Below, in pieces: positions 61,501-64,000 of a DNA stretch of 64,000 nucleotides. The position numbers were made by a program, and so were the translations under genes. The stretch is taken from NCBI GenBank assembly GCA_051294905.1, contig CM119385.1, forward strand, positions 19,468,001 through 19,532,000, written 5' to 3'. Within the stretch, counting starts at the first letter, position 1. Every line of letters starts with the position of its first letter. Under the pieces are notes generated by a model, which did no database searches, was not told where the DNA came from, and saw only the letters and a program-made list of their open reading frames with translations. The stretch is from Botryllus schlosseri (taxonomy: Eukaryota).

Positions 61501-63727
61501 CGTCTCGAGTCCCATTTTTACGAGGCGGTATTGCGTGTCACTGCGGGTTCCTTTCCGCAGTCGTTCGTCTACGGATAGGATTGATCGCGTTTCGGCGTCG
61601 GCACGCAACAAATGCATACTTTACCGATTTAGACGTTCTACATGTTGGTGGCGGTGTAGCGGCACATTCGATACCCCGACGAGTGTACGGTCGGATTGAT
61701 TGCGTCTGCGTGCAGCGCCGATACTGCGGCGGGCGTGCCGTTGAAATAAAGTCCCCCCGTCTTTTCAAGCGATAGCCTGCTATTTGCGAAGTAAACACGC
61801 TAATTTATGGCGATTGGCACGGAGTTGGTTTGCGGTTTGAAAGAGTCTAGACGCGTAGGCTTCTTTACATTGCAAGGATAAATTCTTGGTTTCGCGATCA
61901 TTCGCGAGTGTGTCTCCCCAAAGTTAGCGACGAACGATTGCTCGAAAACTGTTGTTACTGTCTGATTGTTAACCCATTTCGATTTTGAGAAGTTTACTGT
62001 CTGCGCGTGTTAGTCATCCGCGTATGAGGTACTGCTGTCAGTGAGTTGTTTTGGGGTGATGTACAACAAGCTCGGCGTGCTTAGAATCACTTATACGTGG
62101 GAAAATACACGAAAATCGCGTGTCAGCTCCGTACTTAACCATTTGAGCTCGCACAATGATTCGAGCACTGAAATTACACGCTCCTTGCCATTAATCAATG
62201 TTCTTCCCAATTCTCTACTAGCTGCTGACTATTACCCCTGACGAGTGTCGGCCGAAAACATTCGGAGTTATTCCAAATATGAAAATACTACTCAATTGTA
62301 TATTGAACATCTGTACCTCCAAGAAGCTGGTCAACGAGAATCCTAGTTTCGACACAATTTTGAACTGTGAAAGCGGTAATCCTCGATTAGTTGTGTCGAT
62401 GCAAACGAAAAATATACTATACAGCAGAGCTACGCACGTTACTGAAAACTACACATCTGTAAAGTAATGATCAACACACAGCGTTCTCACAAAATGCAAT
62501 GGAATAGGTACGGTCGAAAAAGATTGAATAATCACTGAGCTACTCGATTTTCCTCATCCCTACGATCTGACCTGTGCTGCTAAATTATCGTGGTGCGCAT
62601 GCGCATATTCCATATTTTCTCGATTTTTCGCTCGCGTCCGATCCAGTGTGGCACACCCTCGCATGCCATGTTTACCGATTGTTTCCTATTATTCTATTAT
62701 TCTTGGAAGCGTGTATGACCTACATTTTCCATAATGGATGAATGCCACCCCAACTGCCGACACTTTGATGGGTGTTGTGCTGTTTACCGTGGAGCACAAT
62801 GGTAATAGCTGTTCGCTCCGCCCCGTCCGTGTGTTTAACAATGACGTGGCCTATTTTTCCATTAGCGCGGCCCGCCGCGCGGCACATCAAGACGCACGGC
62901 CTGTACCGCGCTATTGTGATAGGTATCGGCTACAGCTACATTTGACGCAGCGCTTTCGTCATCTGCTTCTGCCTTTCGCGGTAATGTAATCCGTAAAACT
63001 GTAGCCGCCGCCGAAAACAGATCAAATACGCGCACGTGAAATGGATCCGACTGGACATTCGGCCGCCGTTAGTCAAATACGTCATAAATAAGTCTAAGCA
63101 CAATGAATTGAGTACTACAAGAGGTATCGCGTACTGAAATTATACGTTCCTTGCCACTAATAATAAATTTATTAACCGTAATTACACTTGCGGTACTGTT
63201 TTCCACTGAGGAAGGCTGCAAACCTAGATTAATCGCGTCGCAGGTTACAAAACACGTAGCAAAGCTATGCACGTTAGTGGGAACGACATATCTGCGAAAT
63301 CGTGATAAAACGACAGCATTCTCACAAAGTGCTACGGAAAAGGTATATGGTCGGAAAATACAAAATAACCTTTATCGTGAGGCAGATCTAGCGGTATATT
63401 GTGTGTGGTCGCATAAAAGGTGTTTATTTGAACTTTCCGCATTGTTCACACTGTTGTCACTTGTGAATGTGACAAACCCGTTGTTTCATAATGCGATTTA
63501 TGCAATATAGTATGCTCTTGCATAATTAATGCTGTTTCATATCGCAGGACCCGTTATCGGCTTTGAAAAGACCGCGTACGAAGTGATAGAGCCAGGCGTG
63601 GAAGGGGTGGCTACTCTGAGCGTCGCCATCGTGAGGAAAGGCGATTTGTCGCAGTCTTCTTCAGTCCGTGTGTTCACCAAAGACGGCAACGCAGAGTCTG
63701 GGAAGGACTACAACCCTCTCAGCAGAG
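3513..63727 (+). CDS. FREM2: FRAS1-related extracellular matrix protein (FREM2/ECM3-like), 30 coding exons, 3'-incomplete
   Basis: Manual splicing of 30 GT-AG exons gives one open frame of 6715 nt. It contains a signal peptide, CSPG repeats (xxDxD...Y-H-G-E...D-F-F-V-DG...I-PVDDxxP) and Calx-beta domains with motifs I recognise from FREM2 ([17 protein letters not shown], [21 protein letters not shown], TKDGxAxSGxDYxPxS). Orthology to FREM2 versus FREM3 is not resolvable by eye. Confidence 0.95.
5995..6213 (+). CDS. FREM2: FREM2-like exon 2
   Basis: gcag|EITSFSQ...TGQLLYQ|gtaaac; 219 nt, phase 0-0. Confidence 0.93.
6675..6868 (+). CDS. FREM2: FREM2-like exon 3
   Basis: tttcag|GQSRAL...YQHDGTNTY(S)|gtgaat; 194 nt, phase 0-2. 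Confidence 0.93.
8047..8137 (+). CDS. FREM2: FREM2-like exon 4
   Basis: tgacag|(S)[10 protein letters not shown]...VDNTAP|gtgagt; 91 nt, phase 2-0. Confidence 0.92.
8200..8460 (+). CDS. FREM2: FREM2-like exon 5
   Basis: gccag|[14 protein letters not shown]...NLDLEQ|gtacga; 261 nt, phase 0-0. Confidence 0.92.
9390..9690. mobile_element. Decayed Tol2-like hAT MITE (GTAACGAAGTA / CTACTT-rich family)
   Basis: GGTAACGAAGTAG and repeated CTACTT/ACTTCTACT motifs. Related stretches at ~14310-14460, 15320-15470, 33770-33860, 34714-34790, 41390-41465 (ends TTCTGACCACCTCTG) and 58830-58945. Boundaries are approximate. Confidence 0.5.
10024..10197 (+). CDS. FREM2: FREM2-like exon 6
   Basis: gacag|VYYRHIGP...PVDDIPP...AATLQ|gtaagc; 174 nt, phase 0-0. 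Confidence 0.93.
11495..11639 (+). CDS. FREM2: FREM2-like exon 7
   Basis: ttttatcgaag|MYVDEFQQ...DEDTD...LLDF(G)|gtacgg; 145 nt, phase 0-1. Confidence 0.9.
11991..12163 (+). CDS. FREM2: FREM2-like exon 8
   Basis: ttcag|(G)QIINVDSG...[16 protein letters not shown]...AIVGQ|gtgagt; 173 nt, phase 1-0. Confidence 0.93.
12232..12442 (+). CDS. FREM2: FREM2-like exon 9
   Basis: gccag|[14 protein letters not shown]...IPLEK(G)|gtaacg; 211 nt, phase 0-1. Confidence 0.93.
12864..13108 (+). CDS. FREM2: FREM2-like exon 10 (not in the ORF track on +)
   Basis: ctacag|(G)[21 protein letters not shown]...PIDDETP...VPITSK|gtgcgt; 245 nt, phase 1-0. Confidence 0.93.
13578..14104. mobile_element. Non-autonomous hAT element, intact ends
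   Basis: TIR TAGGGCTGGGCA / TGCCCAGCCCTA; perfect 8-bp TSD GTGATGAC (13570-13577, 14105-14112); subterminal TCGAGT/ACTCGA repeats inverted between the two arms. Confidence 0.92.
14500..15157 (+). CDS. FREM2: FREM2-like exon 11
   Basis: tcgtag|[11 protein letters not shown]...PVDNQAP...FDIGIDP(V)|gtgagt; 658 nt, phase 0-1. Confidence 0.94.
17061..17227 (+). CDS. FREM2: FREM2-like exon 12
   Basis: ttacag|(V)NDETPE...GGFFRI|gtaagc; 167 nt, phase 1-0. Confidence 0.92.
17680..17696. mobile_element. Solo hAT/Charlie-type terminus
   Basis: AGGTTGAGAAGCACTG (reverse complement CAGTGCTTCTCAACC); a matching left end is not clear. Confidence 0.4.
17736..18116 (+). mobile_element. ATTAGA-hAT family copy 1
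   Basis: Degenerate TIRs CAGAGTTCGGCAGCTAG ... GAGTCTTCCAAGTATG; core cagcaagtttcggtcgtttcgcactctagatgtcctgtagcattttcgtgaaaacc. Confidence 0.75.
18168..18425 (+). CDS. FREM2: FREM2-like exon 13
   Basis: ccctag|[12 protein letters not shown]...YEHDDTET...TNNDLK|gtttgt; 258 nt, phase 0-0. Confidence 0.92.
19786..20355 (+). mobile_element. ATTAGA-hAT family copy 2 (about 4-5 internal units)
   Basis: Same core (gcagcaagcttggctcgtttcgtactattc...ctgtagcattttcag) and aattagattagaatt...gctacac units; ends eroded. Confidence 0.75.
23686..23857 (+). CDS. FREM2: FREM2-like exon 14 (not in the ORF track)
   Basis: ttttaacag|ATDLDSDD...[16 protein letters not shown](G)|gtaaat; 172 nt, phase 0-1. Confidence 0.93.
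25472..25639 (+). CDS. FREM2: FREM2-like exon 15
   Basis: aaatag|(G)[24 protein letters not shown]...VTLTT(D)|gtggga; 168 nt, phase 1-1. Confidence 0.92.
25709..25849 (+). CDS. FREM2: FREM2-like exon 16
   Basis: ttgtag|(D)ILSTDDLNS...[22 protein letters not shown](G)|gtatgt; 141 nt, phase 1-1. Confidence 0.93.
26882..27299. mobile_element. hAT-like MITE with GAGTCA/TGACTC subterminal repeats
   Basis: Ends CAGTTGGGTTGTAACC / GGTTTACACCAACTG; clustered (C)GAGTC and GACTCG repeats in both arms; no TSD found. Confidence 0.6.
27535..27741 (+). CDS. FREM2: FREM2-like exon 17
   Basis: ttctag|(G)NKIKYVHTS...[14 protein letters not shown]...PFEMK(V)|gtgagc; 207 nt, phase 1-1. Confidence 0.93.
28169..28575 (-). 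mobile_element. ATTAGA-hAT family copy 3
   Basis: Ends CGAACTTGGACGACCAG / CTATTTGTCCAACTCTG; perfect 8-bp TSD TCCTGCAG (28161-28168, 28576-28583). Confidence 0.9.
28895..29250 (+). mobile_element. ATTAGA-hAT family copy 4
   Basis: CAAAATTTACCAACTAGAAAATTTTCAGC start, family core and 3' arm; right end eroded. Confidence 0.75.
29258..29689. mobile_element. hAT/Charlie-type MITE
   Basis: TIR CACGGGTTTTCAAC vs reverse complement CAGGGGTTTTCAAC (13/14); subterminal GCGGCCCA/GGCCCAC motifs; TSD not clearly preserved. Confidence 0.75.
29748..30245 (+). CDS. FREM2: FREM2-like exon 18
   Basis: (t)n gcag|(V)EDRDTEES...YEHDGSET...PVDNGVP...SEFTQ(G)|gtattg; 498 nt, phase 1-1. Confidence 0.94.
35895..36269 (-). 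mobile_element. ATTAGA-hAT family copy 5
   Basis: Ends CGAACTTGGACAACTAT / CTGGTTGCACAATTCTG; flanks AATATAAT / AATGTGAT (6/8, possible decayed TSD); core translates [23 protein letters not shown]. Confidence 0.85.
36896..36985 (+). CDS. FREM2: FREM2-like exon 19 (end of last CSPG repeat)
   Basis: ttcctag|(G)[29 protein letters not shown](G)|gtacgg; 90 nt, phase 1-1. Confidence 0.92.
39549..40166 (+). mobile_element. Decayed hAT/Charlie element with transposase C-terminal remnant
   Basis: Right end TTTGCCCACCTCTG with GCGGCCCGCGAG subterminal motif; left end TAGGTAGCCCAACCTCGCGGCCC; 39871-39950 reads [26 protein letters not shown] across a frameshift. Confidence 0.65.
39772..39789. repeat. 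(TA)n microsatellite
   Basis: atatatatatatatatat. Confidence 0.85.
40973..41310 (+). mobile_element. tRNA-derived SINE (MetaSINE-like central domain)
   Basis: A-box-like TAGCGTAATTG, B box GGTTCAATCTCC (~41024), then GCCGGGTCAGACCAAAGAC...GCTTCCCCGCTTGACGCTTAGCATT. The 41160-41310 portion resembles 19060-19230. Confidence 0.6.
42707..43207 (+). mobile_element. ATTAGA-hAT family copy 6 (about 3 internal units)
   Basis: AAGAGTTGGACAAT start, ACGGTTGTCGAAGTGTG end, family core. Confidence 0.8.
44986..45132 (+). CDS. FREM2: FREM2-like exon 20 (Calx-beta 1 start)
   Basis: ttgcag|(G)[14 protein letters not shown]...[11 protein letters not shown](T)|gtgagt; 147 nt, phase 1-1. Confidence 0.94.
45614..45732 (+). 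CDS. FREM2: FREM2-like exon 21 (Calx-beta 1)
   Basis: ctccag|(T)[14 protein letters not shown]...QVQFNPGQ...VKILQ|gtatgt; 119 nt, phase 1-0. Confidence 0.93.
46400..47048 (-). pseudogene. hAT transposase C-terminal dimerization domain fragment, split by the nested MITE
   Basis: VEKYF...[42 protein letters not shown]|[19 protein letters not shown] resembles the hATC pattern L-WW...FP-L...AR...P-TS---ER-FS-AG...R-RL. Confidence 0.8.
46482..46876. mobile_element. hAT/Charlie-type MITE nested in copy 7
   Basis: TIR CAGAGGTCATCAAC vs CAGGGGTCGCCAAC (11/14); TSD CACTATAC / CACTATAG (7/8); GCGGGCCAC-type subterminal motifs. Confidence 0.88.
47489..47850 (+). mobile_element. ATTAGA-hAT family copy 8
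   Basis: AAGATTTGGACAACTAG / CTAGTTCTCCGAGTCTG; minus-strand core reads [30 protein letters not shown]. Confidence 0.88.
48030..48141 (+). CDS. FREM2: FREM2-like exon 22 (Calx-beta 1 end)
   Basis: ttttcag|[10 protein letters not shown]...ITDEED(E)|gtgaga; 112 nt, phase 0-1. Confidence 0.92.
49544..49669 (+). CDS. FREM2: FREM2-like exon 23 (Calx-beta 2 start)
   Basis: ctacag|(E)STVYFPQ...[17 protein letters not shown](D)|gtgcgt; 126 nt, phase 1-1. Confidence 0.93.
50275..50359 (+). CDS. FREM2: FREM2-like exon 24 (Calx-beta 2)
   Basis: tttcag|(D)[27 protein letters not shown](K)|gtaggt; 85 nt, phase 1-2. Confidence 0.92.
51406..51569 (+). CDS. FREM2: FREM2-like exon 25 (Calx-beta 2 end)
   Basis: cgcag|(K)[23 protein letters not shown]...TDIND(E)|gtaagt; 164 nt, phase 2-1. 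Confidence 0.93.
51676..51980. repeat. Diverged tandem duplication (~180-bp unit) in intron 25
   Basis: gggctatttagcgcggtttgtatgccaatttcactcataaaagtgacgcaaacttgt (~51724) recurs as gggtctatttaacgtggttttatgccgatttcactcaaaaaagtgacgcgaatttgt (~51894). Confidence 0.8.
52019..52168 (+). CDS. FREM2: FREM2-like exon 26 (Calx-beta 3 start)
   Basis: ttcgacag|(E)PMMYFES...WRTGSDL...VESAK(A)|gtgcgg; 150 nt, phase 1-1. Confidence 0.93.
54793..55666 (+). mobile_element. ATTAGA-hAT family copy 9 with expanded internal array
   Basis: GATTTTGACAACTAG start, TTAGTTGCCCAAGTGTG end, family core at ~55480-55550. Confidence 0.85.
54830..55400 (+). repeat. Minisatellite, about 13 units of ~42 bp
   Basis: Approximate consensus AAATTAGATTAGAATTAGAATTATAGCTACACAGTTTTTTTCC; units counted by eye from the (T)AGCTACAC landmark. 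Confidence 0.88.
57057..57266 (+). CDS. FREM2: FREM2-like exon 27 (Calx-beta 3 end)
   Basis: ttgcag|(A)NEDYVGIS...[14 protein letters not shown]...NDSYSD(L)|gtaagt; 210 nt, phase 1-1. Confidence 0.94.
57369..57866. mobile_element. Decayed hAT-like MITE with GGATT(C/T)G repeats
   Basis: Right end GCATCTCTG (reverse complement CAGAGATGC), left CAGAG at 57369, many GGATTCG/GGATTTGG repeats; no TSD. Confidence 0.4.
58323..58520 (+). CDS. FREM2: FREM2-like exon 28 (Calx-beta 4 start)
   Basis: tgacag|(L)PLMQFAD...[21 protein letters not shown]...VRFEP(G)|gtaagg; 198 nt, phase 1-1. Confidence 0.94.
60301..60462 (+). CDS. FREM2: FREM2-like exon 29 (Calx-beta 4 end; not in the ORF track)
   Basis: gcttcag|(G)[20 protein letters not shown]...ITDDAD(R)|gtaagt; 162 nt, phase 1-1. 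Confidence 0.93.
63548..63727 (+). CDS. FREM2: FREM2-like exon 30 (Calx-beta 5 start)
   Basis: atcgcag|(R)PVIGFEK...[17 protein letters not shown]|gttagt; 180 nt, phase 1-1. Confidence 0.93.
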
Positions 63728-64000
63728 GTTAGTTGCTGAATTTCATTTCACGGCTGATTTCCACTGCCGCCGTAGCGCAACGTGCTCTTCTTTCGTCGGC
63801 TTGCGAGTTACACATCACGTTTACTTTAAGGTGGTTGGTTTCGTTATAGCTCATTGTCGTATTTACAACTGATGAATTTGGCGCAGTCGTTGATTCTATC
63901 TCGGCGAATGTGCGATGTCACAAATGCATTTGAGCCGGTTTGGCTGTCGGCGCTTACGGTCGTTGGCTCGTTGCGAACAACACAGATTGCTGTGTAGAGT

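Noticed and set aside
62594-62605. TGCGCATGCGCA palindrome (NRF1-like site)
   Set aside because: A single intronic motif with no promoter context; such palindromes are common in repeats.
3513-63727. RGD integrin-binding motif in the encoded protein
   Set aside because: None seen in the 30 exons read (only KGD, SGD, QGD); the C-terminus is outside the window, so no conclusion.

Overview
Eukaryotic (animal) genomic DNA. Most of the window is one + strand, intron-rich gene for a FRAS1-related extracellular matrix protein (FREM2/sea-urchin ECM3 type). I traced 30 coding exons from the ATG at 3513 to 63727. All splice sites are GT-AG and all phases are compatible, giving 6715 nt (about 2238 codons): signal peptide, N-terminal NV region, the CSPG repeat region, four Calx-beta domains and the start of the fifth. 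The gene continues past the window end. The host is probably an invertebrate deuterostome (ascidian-like is a guess, not shown). Introns and the upstream region are dense with non-autonomous DNA transposons and tRNA-derived SINEs. Main points of interest: (1) a nine-copy hAT deletion-derivative family whose core is the extreme C-terminus of a hAT transposase; one copy (46178-47417) has perfect TIRs and TSD, hosts a nested hAT element, and restores an in-frame hAT dimerization domain when that element is excised; (2) the same family's internal ~42-bp unit, present at about 0-5 copies in most members, expanded to about 13 in one copy; (3) 17 introns split the region that, as I recall, is one giant exon 1 in vertebrate FREM2, while downstream exon sizes match vertebrate exons. 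No prokaryotic features, CRISPR arrays, rRNA or true tRNA genes were seen.
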